Of a DNA stretch of 64,000 nucleotides, positions 34,201 to 46,989 are shown piece after piece. Source of the DNA: Okamejei kenojei (Eukaryota). Every line of letters begins with the position of its first letter. The stretch's first letter is position 1. Position numbers and translations under genes: made by a program. The notes under the pieces were generated by a model. That model was not told the DNA's origin. It was given only the letters and a program-made list of their open reading frames with translations, and made no database searches. The DNA lies in the NCBI GenBank assembly GCA_035221665.1, contig CM069158.1:12586001-12650000 (forward strand), given 5' to 3'.

Positions 34201-36089
34201 TTATTGCACAGTTTTATTTTGTATTCCCTGCCTTGCAGGTACATGGATAGGACAGAGGGCTAGGAACCCAAAGCGGGCTAATGGGACTAGCTTAAAATGG
34301 CATCATGGTCGGCAAGGACAAGTTTGGTCAAAGGGCCTCTTTCCATGCTGCATTTCTCTATGACTTTAATTTATGTGTAATTTAAGGATAATTGAGGTTT
34401 GATTCATGTGTATTGTCTGTGTTTATGTGTTTGTGCTACTGCTCTAAGCAAGATTTTCATTGTAATTGTACCTCACTATACTTGTACATGACAATAAACT
34501 CAACTTGACTTGACTCAACAACGTTCTCACCAGTCAGTGGTAAAGGATTGCCACACCTTATAATTCTGTGATCCACAAAACAAAATGATGCTACTGCCAC
34601 TTAGACCATGTTACTGGTATTTAGAAACATAGAAAACCTGCAGGATACCATTCAGCCCTTTCGAGCCTGCACCATTCAATATGATCATATTCAAAGGGCC
34701 ACATCCAAGCTAACTAGCAAGAGTTCCAGAGACTCATTCTGGAAAAAAGTCTTAAATACCTTGCTGTGATCTACAATAACCAAGTATTTACACTTTGTAG
34801 ACTGGATATATTGAGCCAAGTATTACAAGTCAAGAGTGTTTAATTGTCATATGTATCAGCAGCAGAATGATGAAATTCTCACTTGCTGCAGATTAAAAAG
34901 GCCCATAAACATAATAACTCTCAAATAAATATGGTAATCACTATCACAATATGTTAACAACCAGCTAACCATAATACTGCCCAACTGAAATTCTGCAGTG
35001 CAACCAAAGACACAGTCCATAGAAGATCATAGCTGCTGAGGTTAGTGTTGTGCAGTGTTCAATAGCATGATGGTTGCTGAGAAGAAACTGATGGTTTAAG
35101 GACCTTATATGTGATATACTTCTGCAATTATATTACAATAAGAGAAACGCAATTCTCCAGTATAAAAGGAGGTGATTTGCTACAGTGTGTTTGTGCCAAT
35201 TTTTTCAAAGGGCAAGTCATTTGTGTTCATCTCCTTGGGTCTTTCCTTACAGCCCTGAAAAAATCTGTAAAGATTGAGGCTCGTCCTAATGGACAGGTTG
35301 GATCTTTTCAGAGGAATATGGTCTCCATACATTGAATATCTAAAGGGTCAAAATGGCTCGGTGCGAGAGCCTGACTGAACCCTGAATAATGGAATAGATG
35401 AAGAATTACGTATAACAAATCATGGATATATCTCCAACGATTAATAACTTTTTAATACTCCATTCACTTCCTTATTTTCGATTTTTTATCTCTATATTAT
35501 TTTCTCTATCTTTTCTTACTTATTAAAATGTATAGAAATATAAAGTCTTAAATGTTAATATTAATAATATTATGAATGTATGTAAGAAGTATTTTCTATT
35601 AATATGTATTTACAACTAATAAAAAATATTCAACGAAAAGATCTTTCCTTTTCAAGGATGTAGCCAATTCCTTTTTTTCTCCGTTTCCATTACGTCTGTT
35701 TCTATCAGTTTGTACATTCCTGATCATTAAAGCTCTGTTTAAAAATAATATTTTCCTCAACCCTTCTTGGAGCTTTTGCCAACCATCTTAAATCTACGTA
35801 CATGAGATGGCAAATGGCCCCTTTTGCCAATGGAAGCAATGCCTGCCTATCTCATCAATCAAAATACTTCATCATTTTGAATGCTCCCAATAAATTTAAA
35901 GTGAACTCTATTTGCACCAAGGAGAAACATCCCAGCTTCTTCAGCCTCTGCAGTCTTATTCTGCATCCCAGACTTTATTCCTTGGAATGCCGTAGGCTGA
36001 AGGGGGACCTTATTGAGCTGTACAGGATCATAAGGTGCATGGATAAGTGAATTCTCACTGCCTTTTTCCCAGGGTATGAAGTGTGAAAA

Positions 36090-36415
36090 ATATACATCTT
36101 CTAGATGCGCTGGGACGCATCCTCAGTGATGTGACCTGGGGTCAATGGGCGTTTCGGGTCTCACAACATCAGACACCCTCGCCCAGACGACCCAGCCGGG
36201 GTTGATCAGGCCCCGACTTGCGTCCCAGCGGCAACCGTCCACGGATCAGACATCTTAATATCTACCCTGCAGGGGTTGGGAGAATCTAGTGCGTGGATGG
36301 ACTGGGCTCTGTGGGGTGACTCCCGGCCGGGCTCCTCCTGCGTCTCACCAGGTTCAAGGCCTGTGCGTCTTTCTCCTTCTCCGAGCATTTCATTCTCGCC
36401 TGATGGATTTTTAGG
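36090..36415 (-). mobile_element. Internally deleted HERO-like (R2-superfamily) retroelement inserted in a CR1 fragment
   Basis: The minus strand gives KIHQARMKC then GETQEEPGRESPHRAQS (recalled HERO N-terminal region). This is joined to a HERO-like 3' UTR GAGGGTGTCTGATGTTG..GACCCGAAACGCCCATTGACCCCAGGTCACATCACTGAGGATGCGTCCCAGCGCATC. Family assigned from memory. Confidence 0.55.
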
Positions 36416-37624
36416 CCAGGATTCTAAAACTAGGGGATATACAGTAGGCTTAAGGTGAGAGAGGAGAGATTTAAGAGGGAGCTCAGTGGTCATTTTTTCA
36501 ATTGATGAAGACGAGGAAAAAGATTAAACCAACCAGTCTTCCACCAAAGCAGGGGCTGTTTTATTTTAAAAGCCAAATAACCAAATTCCAATTTTAGTTT
36601 GGGACACTTACTCTACTCCTTGCCTCAAAACACTGTTGGCTGTTCAGTCAAGGGTGTTTCCAGCACATTCAAAGTCGGCTGCAGGAGGCACCCCGCAACA
36701 CAAAGGCGGTCGAGCGAGGAGAGGGATGTTGGCTCACGGGTGGGGCTAGTCGAAGGTGATGGAGGAGGCACTGCAGCAGCCTGGGGCTTACCCGGATCGG
36801 GAGCCGATCCAGTACATCGAGTGCCTGGAGCGGACTTTAGACTTTTTGTAAATGGCACCAAAATATGGCGACTCGTGCTTGTGTGATCTACGCAAAATGA
36901 ATCCCACTGTGCAGTGCACACGTGACAATAGAGCACCATTGAATCATTAATCAGAGGGTAGTCCATATCTGGAATGAGCTGACAAAGGAGGCTATAGACC
37001 CAAATTCAATTATGACTTTTAAAAGACAATTGGCAAACGTAGTTAGTATGGACAAGGTGGCATGTATTTCCTTTCCGTACAGCTCTTCGACTCTAATTTA
37101 AATGACAGACAAATTAAGATCTTTTTGGCCTGTATGGCTCAGCATCTGACAGTTTTTTCATCAACCAAGCTATTACGAGAGTTAAAAATTAGGTCTTCAA
37201 ATCCACACGAATCACCAATAAAGATCAGATTGATGAATACCTTATTCACAAACGTTATTAAATATTCTTGCTACATGCTCTTATTTCACACAGACACAGA
37301 GCCTCTGACTCTGTGGACGGGACTTTATCTTGCACTAATCGTTATTCCCTTCATCATGTATCTGTACACTGTGGTCGGCTCGATTGTAATCATGTATAGT
37401 CTTACCGCTGACTGGTCAGCACGCAACAAAAGCTTTGCACTGTACTTCTGTACACGTGACAATAAACTAACCTATACTTAACTAGTCATAGAATTATACA
37501 ACAGAGAAACAAACGCTGTGGCCCAACTCATCCATGCCAACTAGGATGCCCCAGCGATGCTACGCCCATATGCCCACATGTGGCCCATATCCCTCCAAAA
37601 CCTTTCCTATCCACGTACCTGTCC

Positions 37625-37915
37625 AAGTGGTGCAACGGCAGAGCTGCTGCCTTACAGCGCCAGGGACCCAGGTTTGATCCTGATGAAGGATACTGTCTGG
37701 ACAGAGTTTATACGTTCTCCCTTTGTGAACTGCGAGGGTTTGCTCCGAGATCTTCGATTTCCTCCCACACTCCAATTACAGGTTAATTGGCTTGGTATAA
37801 ATGTAAAATTCTCCCTGGTGTGTGTAGGGTAGTGTTAGTGTGTGGGGATCGCTGGTCAGTGTGGACTTGGTGGGCCGAAGGGTCTGTTTCTGCTTTGTAT
37901 CTCTAAACAAAACTA
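37625..37915 (+). mobile_element. V-SINE (HE1-like)
   Basis: GTGGTGCAACGGCAGAGCTGCTGCCTTACAGCGCCAGGGACCCAGGTTTGATCC through to a TCTAAACAAAACT tail. Confidence 0.85.
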
Positions 37916-38074
37916 AATGTTGTAATTGTATTTCAATATTTCTAGTTCCTTTTTGTTAATCGTGTGGAAGACTCAATTCTTGGTCAATGCTAGATTAACA
38001 AATGACCACAGATCCCGACCGGAAGTAACAGGATGTCAGCAGAGGAAGATATAGATGTGTAGGAAGGAACTGCA

Positions 38075-38635
38075 GATGCTGGTTTACACCGAAGATAGAC
38101 ACAACATGTTGGAGTAACTCAATGGGCCAAGCAGCATCTCTGGATAGAAGGAATGGGTGGTGTTTCGGGTCGAGAACCTTCTTCAGACTGAGAGTCAGAG
38201 GAGAGGGAGACACAGAGATATGGAAGGGTAAGGTGTGAAAACGAAACATCAAAGGGGACGAGGCTTAAGGAAGATGTAGAATAGATCATTGTTAGCTTGG
38301 GGAAGGTGACAACGAAGCTTACAAAGATAAGAAATTAATCAGGAGGACAGTCAGAAGGTCATGTCATAAGTAATAGGAGCAGAATTAGGTCATTTGGCCC
38401 ATCAAGTCTACTCCGCCATTCAATCATGGCTGATTTATCATTCCCTCTTAACCTCATTCTCCTGCCTTCTCCCCGTAACCCCTGACACCCCTCAAGATTG
38501 GTCAATCAGTCAGACTGGTCAGAGAACTAGGATGAGGAAGGGATGGAGAGAGAGAGAAAGCAAGGGTTACTTGAAGTTGGAGAAGTCAATACTCATACCG
38601 CTGGGTTGTAAGGTGCCCAAGCAAAATATGAGGTG
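38075..38635 (-). mobile_element. Penelope-like 3' fragment with nested CR1 tail
   Basis: The minus strand reads CCTCATATTTTGCTTGGGCACCTTACAACCCAGCGGTATGAGTATTGACTTCTCC, then the UTR and a hammerhead-bearing repeat at about 38158-38186. Confidence 0.75.
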
Positions 38636-39219
38636 GCTTTCTGGTCCCGGTAGCGAGGAGGAGGAAAGGTTAAAAGTTATCTTCAAAGTCAGTGTTCCTC
38701 AGAATTTTCAAGGAAGAGAACGTCACGCCAGCCCCGAAACTGTTTACATCTCTGAGCTTTGTCTGGAATATAAATTAAACTCGCAGCTGACCCAGAGAAA
38801 TCCATTCCCAGCCGGCAAGCTGAAGGAATTTTCATTTTTATTCAATGAGAATTGAGATTTAATGAGAGAAAAGTTAGACGTTCCATTCTCCTGCAACTGT
38901 TAGGGAGTTGAGTAGGCAGTGCAAATGTGCCTGATGGCTGGGAACATTTTGTTTTGGCAGATTTCAAGATGAATAATTAGATTTAAAATTACATTTATAT
39001 ATTCCCCTTCCCTTTTAGACAGGTTGGAGTACAAATACTTTCTGTAAACCAGCTACAAATGGAAGACAATAATGTGCGGTGCTTCACACCCAAATCCGGT
39101 GCTAACTTCACACACGGGAAGGAAGGTTATTTGATCTATTGCAGCACCACAGGCTTTTTGGTTGAAATATCTACTTAAAGATCATAAGAAATACGAGCAG
39201 AATTAGGCCATTAGACCCT

Positions 39220-39748
39220 AGTCTGTGGAATTCTCTGCCTCAGAGGGCGGTGGAGGCAGGTTCTCTGGATGCTTTCAAGAGAGAGCTCTTAAAAATAGCG
39301 GAGTCAGGGGATATGGGGAGAAGGCAGGAACGGGGTACTGATTGGGGATGATCAGCCATGATCACATTGAATGGCAGTGCTGGCTCGAAGGGCCGAATGG
39401 CCTACTCCTGCACCTCTTGTCTATTGTCATTTGGCCCATCGAGTCTGCTACACCATTCGATCATGGCTGATCTATTTTCCCCTCCCAACCCTATTCTCCT
39501 GCCTTCTCCCTGTAACCTTTGACACCCTTACTAATCCTATCAATCTCCGCTTTAAAAATGCCCAATGACTTGGCCTCCACAGATAATTATGGCAATGAAT
39601 TCCACAGATTCACCGCCCTTTGGTGAAATAAATCCCTCCTTATCTCTATTCTAAAGGTATGTTCTTTTATTCTGAGGCTGTGCCTTCTGGTCTTAAACTC
39701 TCCCACTATTAGAAACATCCTCTCCACCATCCTCTCTATCTAGGCCTG
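39220..39748. mobile_element. Young CR1 3' end (+, 39220-39428) inserted into an older CR1 3' fragment (-)
   Basis: The older copy breaks at GAATTAGGCCATT and resumes at CATTTGGCCCATCGAGTCTGC. Confidence 0.75.
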
Positions 39749-39947
39749 AATCTGAATCATTTTCCTGTCCCCATTGTCCAGTAAAGATTTCCCTTTTATC
39801 TACTCACATAGCCTGTTCATTTTTTAGCAGGAACCCCATTAGGACTAACAAAACAGGCTAATTGACCCCAAAATAGTCAAGTGGCTGAGCAGACTTGAAG
39901 ATGCCCACGTGGCCATTTCTTACATTCATTTACTGTGGTGTTCGTCA

Positions 39948-40006
39948 TCTAGGCTGACTCTTCAGTGCAGTACTGAGGGATGGTTGGATTCTTGAAGGTG
40001 CTGCAT
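39948..40006 (+). mobile_element. DeuSINE-like (SacSINE1/AmnSINE1-type) core remnant
   Basis: TCTAGGCTGACTCTTCAGTGCAGTACTGAGGGA..GAAGGTGCTG matches the recalled motif CTAGGCTGACACTCCAGTGCAGTACTGAGGGAGTGCTG. Confidence 0.6.
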
Positions 40007-40121
40007 TTATTAATTGAAGTTGAAGTTATCAACCCTTTCAAGTAAAGACAATGATCTCGCAGCACTACCTGAAAAAGGGAAAGTTCGTAAGTTCATAAGA
40101 TCTAGGACCAGAAGGGCAAGC

Positions 40122-40755
40122 AAGGTGGTGCAGTGGCAGAGTTGCTGCCTCACAGCACCAGAGACCCGGGTTCCATCCTGACTACGGGTACTGTCTATAC
40201 GGAGTTTGCACGTTCCCCCCTGAGACCTGCATGGGTTTTCTCTGGGATCTCCGGTTTCCTCCCACACTCCAGAGACGTACAAGTTTGTTGGCTAATTGAC
40301 CTGGTATCATTGTAAATTGTCCCTCGTGTGTAGGATAGTGTTAGAGTGCAGGGATCGCTGGTCGCGCAGACTCAGTGGGCCGAAGGGCCTGTTTCCAGCG
40401 CTGGATCTCTAACCTAAAACGAAACAAAAGCCGGGTGGCACGACGGTTGGTGCAGTCTCCTCACAGCTCCAGGGACCCGTGTTCAATCTTACCTCGGCCG
40501 CTGGGGTATCCATGTCATCCACGTCAGTCTGTGGGATTCAGCCAGGTATGGTGACTTCATCCCCAATCCCAAAGATATCCTGATGGATTAAGGGACTGCT
40601 GGAAATTACCCCTTCGCGCCGGTAAGCGGCGAATGAATGAGTGCCGAGATGATGGGTATGTGAGAGAAAGTTGCAACACTACAGGGAAATGGGAAAGGTG
40701 GAGTGGGAGCTAGTATACACATATAGACCTATTGGGGCCGAATGGTCTACTGTGT
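40122..40755 (+). mobile_element. Full V-SINE (40122-40420) followed by an older diverged V-SINE
   Basis: A and B boxes and V core are present. The second head is GGGTGGCACGACGG..CCTCACAGCTCCAGGGACCCGTGTTCAATC. Confidence 0.8.
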
Positions 40756-41549
40756 CACTCTCAGTCATCTGAACATAAGTTCACGTGATGGGAGCAGACT
40801 TAGACCATTGGGGCCATCAAGTCTACTCTGCCATTCAATCATGGCTGATCTATCTTCCCCTCTTAACCCCATTCACCTGCCTTCTCCCCATAACCCCTGA
40901 CACCCGTACTAATCAAGAATCTAACTGTCTCTGCCTTGAAAATATGTATGCTGTAGTATTTATTTTACTTTGCACAAGTTATCTGACACCTACCCAGGAA
41001 CGGAGATATCAATAATTCATTTGCTCGGGAACATTTTTTCAGCAAAGCCACTACCTAAATGGAGGCCCATTCATTCGTGGAATAATTGCCGCTCTCAGTG
41101 TAGGCTGCAGCTGTCCGAGTTTTGGTTCCCCTCAAGCTCCATTCAGAACTTCTGCCAAGACCTTGCACATCCTCTGACACACCAGGGCCGCCTGCTTGAA
41201 AGAAAGACGTTCCCAGCAACATATGGTGGTGTCCAGGGGAGCGGAGGAAGTGGGTGGGAGGAATCTGAGAATGAGAGGAAGTTTTATTTTGCTGTCCTTC
41301 GATGGAGTATTTGTCCTCGAAACAGCTGTAAGCCCAGACCAGATCAGAATTCACAGCTGCAACCTAACCCGGGACTTGAATCTTGCAGCATATGTCAGCG
41401 CCGGCTGGTTGTTCGGGATCAGACTGTCGTCATTCCCAACTGAACATTGATGAGCAGCAGGGGGGAAAAAATGTTGGTAAAGGCTTTACAAGTCTAGAAT
41501 CTCATCCCAGGCTTTTCCGGGCTCTGTGGCATTTGCCTTGTACTCGATT

Positions 41550-41840
41550 TTGTTTTTAGTTAGGAGATACAGCGCAGAAATGGGCCCGATTCGGCACCAC
41601 CGATCCCCTCACACTAACGCTATTCTACAGATACTGGGGAAAATTTACAATTATGCCAAGCCAATTAATCTTCAAACCTGTACGTCGTTGGGATGTGGGA
41701 GTGAACCAGAGATCCCGGAGAAAGGCCTCGCAGGTCACAGGGAGAACGGTACAAATTCTGTAGACAAGCACCCATAGTCAGGATCGAACCCGGGTCTCTG
41801 GCGCAGTAAGGCAGCAACCCCACCGCTGCTCCACCTGCTA
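41550..41840 (-). mobile_element. V-SINE (HE1-like)
   Basis: The minus strand reads GGTGGAGCAGCGGTGGGGTTGCTGCCTTACTGCGCCAGAGACCCGGGTTCGATCC. Confidence 0.85.
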
Positions 41841-42714
41841 TTAGATGCATTAAAATTATGATTGTACACCTTTCCAACTGCAATGATGTGATAGAATTTG
41901 AACCGTAAATCCATTTGAAGCACCATAGGGTTGGAGAGGTTGTGGCACCAGATATTATCCAGAGCTCCGTAGAGAGTGCAATACCTCCAACATAACACAT
42001 TTAAACAGCGTCAAACAGATGCCTCTGCAACACCGTTTCCAGACCTGTCCGGACTTATTACCATCAATGCACGAGGCAGCAGAAAGTTACCCTGAGGCAG
42101 ATCCCACAAGAGGGGGAGCCCAGTTAGTCTGCCACAACTCAAGGCTGAGATTACTTTGCCAGCATATTGCTCTGCTAGTGATTTTGGAGGTTCTGTCTGG
42201 CCTGCTACACCCACATCTCTGTTAGACTGAAGTACAGCTTTAGACAGGTGGTTTGAGGGGGTCTTTTGCCATCAATGGAAACCTGATGCAATTACAGAGA
42301 GATGTGCCTCCATTGTCAATGCAGGGATCTAGATTAGAATGATAGAAAAAAACTGACAGACAAATGTATCTCATACATACTAACTGCATTCAATCTTAGT
42401 AGATTGCAAATAGACACAAAATGCTGGAGTAGTAACTCAATGGGACAGGCAGCATCTCTGGAGAGAAGGAATGGGTGATGTTTCAGGAGAGACCCTTCTT
42501 CAGACTCAGAGTGTGGTGAGGCTTCTGCACACATTCAGTTGTTGCTGATATGAGCTGGGAAGTTCGCACTATTTTAATTTTAAGTACATTTTTTTGATAT
42601 CTTCAGAGGTGTTCAGGGAGGGTGACGTTTCGTGTCGGGACCCTTCTGCAGACCTACAAGTACTTGCAAATGTGCTATACTTGACAAACGATGGCTTCAT
42701 TGTAGCAATGGGTT

Positions 42715-43200
42715 ACAGAGTCATGGAGTTAATCAGCACAGAAACAGGCCTTTCGGTCCAAATCGCCAATGCCGTCACAGATGCCCCATCCAAGCTAGTC
42801 CCATTTGCCTGGGTTTGCCCTATATCTCTCTAAACCTTCTCTATCCATGTCCCTGTCCAAATGTATTTTAAATGTTGCTATTGTACCTGCCTCAACTATC
42901 TCATTTGGCAGCTTGATCTGTATCCCACCATCCTCTGTGTGAAACAGTTACCCTTTAGATTCCTATTAATTTTTGCTCCTTTCACCATTCATCCAGTGTA
43001 TTCTAGTTCTTGAATCCCTTACCCTGGGAAAAAAGATTGTGCATTCACCATATCTATTTCCCCTCATGAATTTATAGACCTCTATAAGACATTCTTGCAC
43101 TGCAAGTTATAAAGCCTTAGCCTGTCTAACCTCTCCCTAAGATCAGGCCCTCGAGTCCTGGAAACATTCTTGTAAATCTTCTCTGCACTCTGTCCAGCCC
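42715..43200 (-). mobile_element. CR1 LINE 3' fragment (decayed)
   Basis: Colinear with 22100-22570 (GAAACAGGCCTTTCGG..TGTGCATTCACC..CCTCATGAAT). Confidence 0.75.
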
Positions 43201-43369
43201 TATGTGTCCAACAAATGGTATATATGCCAGCAATTCAACGCTGGTCAGTGCTGCTCAGCACAATATCTCGTTGTTACACTGTGTTGCAATCTGCTTCAAA
43301 AATCGAGCTGATAGTGGTACAAAACTCAACAGTTACTTCTGTAGTCAGTTAATAATGGAAAGGAAAATG

Positions 43370-43680
43370 GGGCGGCACTGTGGCCCAGGGCTGGAGTTGC
43401 TGCCTTACAGCGCCAGAGACCAGGATTGATCCTGACCGCGTGTGCTGCATCTACGGAGTTTGTACGTTCTCCCCGTGACTGCGTGGGTTTTTTCCGGCAG
43501 CTCCGGTTTCCTCCCACACTCCAAAGATGTACAGGTTTGTTGGTTAATTGGTTTTGGTAAGATTGTAAAATTGTCCCTAGTGCGTAGGTTAGCGCTAGCG
43601 TGCGGGGTGATCGCTGGTCGGCGCGGACCCGGTGGGCAGACGGGTATGTTTCCGCGCTGTATCTCTAAACTAAACTAAAT
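43370..43680 (+). mobile_element. V-SINE (HE1-like), full length
   Basis: GGGGCGGCACTGTGG head, V core and (AAACT)n tail. Confidence 0.85.
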
Positions 43681-43703
43681 ATACCCATAGCTTCCTGCAC
43701 TTA

Positions 43704-44078
43704 CACTTAGGAGAACTAAACTGCAACCTCTGGTGACCTTGCGCACCACCCAAAGTTTCCATGAGGCCACCGGAGGTTTTGGTCACTCTCCCTAATGGTC
43801 GAAAGTGGTCATGGTCGAGGCTTTTATTCTAGGTTGCCGTTATTTTTTCATCATGATTAAAACCGGCCTCAACTAAAAATAGGTTGCCGTTTTAAAAATC
43901 GATAATTTGTTTGTTCCAGGTCTAGTCGAAGCCAGTTTTCTTCATAGTCGAGGAAGGTTTTCAACATATGCGTGGGAGGTGGTAGGAGGTTGCAGGTCAC
44001 CTCGACCTTGTTTTTTTTTGGGTGGCGGGCAAGGTCACCAGAGGTTGCTGTTTAGGTCTCCTAAGTGGGACGGGGGCT
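43704..44078. mobile_element. Harbinger-like MITE, left terminus truncated
   Basis: ~50-bp inverted repeats CACTTAGGAGA(A/C)CTAAAC..GCAACCTCTGGTGACCTTGC..CCACCCA. The right end GTGGGACGGGGGCT-TAA resembles the 30176 MITE terminus. Confidence 0.75.
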
Positions 44079-44469
44079 TAAAACTCTCCCTAAGGTCAGG
44101 CCTTCAAGTCCTGGGAACATCCTTGTAAATCTTTTTTGCACTCTGTCCAGCCGTATATGTCCAGCAAATGGTGAGCAATTTAACTTCTACAGTGCTGCTA
44201 AACATAATATTTGGTTGTCACCCGTGTTGAAATCTGCTTCAAACATTGAGCTGATAGTGGTACAAAACTGGACACTACTTCCATGGACATTTTATAATGA
44301 AAAGGAAATTCATTTTACCACTAATTAACTAATTGAGGAAAGTGATTTCTCAGCACAGGACATTGCACAATAGGTCCTAAGACGTTTATGGACACTACGA
44401 CTGTGCAATCAATTTTTGCACATTCTGAAATTGTGAAAGACATTTTGCAAACTTTAATTTGACCAGAAA

Positions 44470-44810
44470 CCAGAATTAGATCATTCGGCCCAGCAAGTCT
44501 ACTCCACCATTCAATCATGGCTAAGTTATCTATCCCTCTCAACCCCATTCTCCTGCCGTCTCCACATAACCCCTGACATCCAAACTAATCAAGAATCCAT
44601 CTAGCTTTGCCTTAAAAATATCCATTGACTTGGCCTCCACGGCCTTCTGTGACAATGAATTCTACAGATTCACCACCCTCTGACTAAAGAAATTCCTCCT
44701 CATCTCATTCCTAAAGGAACTTTGTTTAATTTGGAGGCTATGACCTCTGGTCCTAGCTTCTCCCACTAGTGGAGACATCCTCTCCACATCCACTCTATCC
44801 AGGCCTATTG
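44470..44810 (-). mobile_element. CR1 LINE 3' fragment
   Basis: GAATTCTACAGATTCACCACCCTCTGACTAAAGAA corresponds to FSQRVVNL.N on the minus strand. Confidence 0.8.
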
Positions 44811-45037
44811 CTATTCTCAAGATTTTCTCAAGATTCTAGCAACTGCAGTTTCTTGTGCCTTTTTTCCCCCTGTTCTCAATTCAAAAGGTTTATCTTGCAA
44901 ACACAAAAATAAAACTGCAAGAGTTCAAAATAGTTCCTCATAATGCCTTCGCATTCGATTCAATGTGGATTAGTTCAGGGGCCTCAGATTTTGCCAATGG
45001 GTATTCAATAAATAAGAAAGCTTCACAACCTCAACCC

Positions 45038-45495
45038 AGGCTTGGCAATCGCTTCGCCCAACACCTCCGCTCAGTTCGCATTAACCAACCTGATCTCCCG
45101 GTGGCTCAGCACTTCAACTCCCCCTCCCATTCCAAATCCGACCTTTCTGTCCTGGGCCTCCTCCATTGCCAGAGTGAGTCCCACCGCAAATTGGAGGAGC
45201 AGCACCTCATATTTCGCTTGGGTAGTTTACACCCGCGTGGTAGTCTTCTCCAATTTCAGGTAGTCCTTGATTTCTCCCTCCTTCCCCTCCCCTTCGCAGC
45301 TCTCCCACAGCCCACTGTCTCCGCCTCTTCCTTTCTTCTTCCCACCACCCCATCCCCATATCAGGCTGAAGAACGGTCTCGACCCGAAACGTCACCTATT
45401 CCTTTGTTCCATAGATGCTGCCTCACCCGCTGAGTTTCTCCAGCACTTTTGTCTACCTTCGATTTTTCTAGCATCTGCAGTTCTTTCTTAAACAT
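45038..45495 (+). mobile_element. Penelope-like 3' fragment (GIY-YIG C-half plus terminal repeat)
   Basis: Translates to RLGNRFAQHLRSVRINQPDLPVAQHFNSPSH..KLEEQHLIFRLGSLHP. Hammerhead core CTGAAGAACGGTCTCGACCCGAAACGTC starts at about 45366. Confidence 0.9.
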
Positions 45496-46576
45496 TCAGT
45501 TTAGTTTATTGTTACTTGTTCTGAGGAACAGTGAAAAGCTTTTGTTGCGTGCTAACCAGTGAGCAGAAAGACAATGCATGATTACCATCGATCCATTTAC
45601 AGTGCACAGATACACGATAAGTGAACATTTAGTGCAAGGTAAGTTTTGTTTAATTTTCAAATACATCGTTCCACAATCACTTCCACACGCATTGACCGTT
45701 CAGCTCGGGTTCAGCTCTCACGTTCATTCCTGTCATGTAAAACTGAGTTAAACTCATGGAGCCATTTTGAGATGCCTCTTTAATTGAGATTGCGTGGATA
45801 ATTCGCAGCGAATCTGCTTTAAAAGGGCTCTTTGTGGAAATGAACAGACTTTTCTTGCTGGATCAATCTGACCTCCTCCGCTGCACTTACAGCCTGCGAC
45901 TGTGTGTGACATCGATTGTGACTGGCAGTGGGGGTTGGGAGTAAGCCCAGAAGGCGTTGAGACCAAACGACTGATGTATCATGATTTGAACCTGCCCTTC
46001 ATCCTCCCTCGAGCGGCCACAGTTGGTGGGTGGTGGTCTTTCCCCGGGGACAGCTAATCAATTGGGAGCAGCTGCTTCTCCTCCCCCTGCCCCACCTCCC
46101 ACCAGCCAGCCATCACCTCCAGCCACACGTTGAGTCATACTTTGACCACACTTATGTGGTTTGGTGAGTGTACAAGATAATAATTAAGACATGCTGGCAG
46201 GCAGCGAAATGAGAACGCAGAACCGTTCACAAGACTCAGGGCTATTCGTGTGTGGGTTAAAACAGAAGCTACAACCCTCTGGAGAGCCCCAAACCCTCTT
46301 TAATTCATACTTTCTAGACGCAATCTCCTGTTTCTTTCTAGGTCTGCTGTGATATTTAACACTGCACGTCATTCTGCTTTTTAATCCACATTAACATTAA
46401 CATTATCTTCAGCACATGCAGTTCTGCAGTGAAGGAAGCACCTCAGTAGGAGAAGTTTTATTTCAGATGTAATTATTTTTGTAGAATGTTTATCAAAATT
46501 ATAATTACTTAAGACGTCTACTTCAGGAGGCAGTGGTTTGGGCTGGGCTTACATTCCAAGTGGACTCTAGAGCTAA

Positions 46577-46785
46577 AGATAGACACAAAAAGCTGGAGTA
46601 ACTCAACGGGTCAGGCAGCATCACTGGAGAAAATGAATGGGTGATGTTCCAGTCTAAAGAAGGGTCTCGATCCGAAACATCACCTATTCCTTTTCACCAG
46701 ACATGCTGTCTGACCCGCTGAGTTACTCTGGCTTTTTGTGTCTATCTTCGGATTAGACCAGCATCCGCAGTTCCTTCCTACACAT
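46577..46785. mobile_element. Inverted pair of Penelope-derived terminal repeats
   Basis: AAGATAGACACAAAAAGCTGGAGTAACTCA and its reverse complement TGAGTTACTCTGGCTTTTTGTGTCTATCTT. Confidence 0.75.
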
Positions 46786-46989
46786 GTACTCTAGGGCTTC
46801 TGATTTGAGGAGAGGAGAAGGATTCAGGGGCTTGGCTCTTGATTACGATCCTGTGACCAAACCCAATGGCCAGTATAATTGAAACAAATGCCTAGTCCTT
46901 ACATGCTTACACAGGTGGTGAGTATAGTCAGTTTTTCACTCATGGAGGACATCAGGACTGTTTAGTTTAGAGATACAGCAGGGAAACAG

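Noticed and set aside
36147-36175. Hammerhead-like CTGATG..GAAAC on the minus strand
   Set aside because: The core reads CTGATGT rather than CTGANGA, and there is no NUH triplet. It is better explained as part of the HERO-like 3' UTR.
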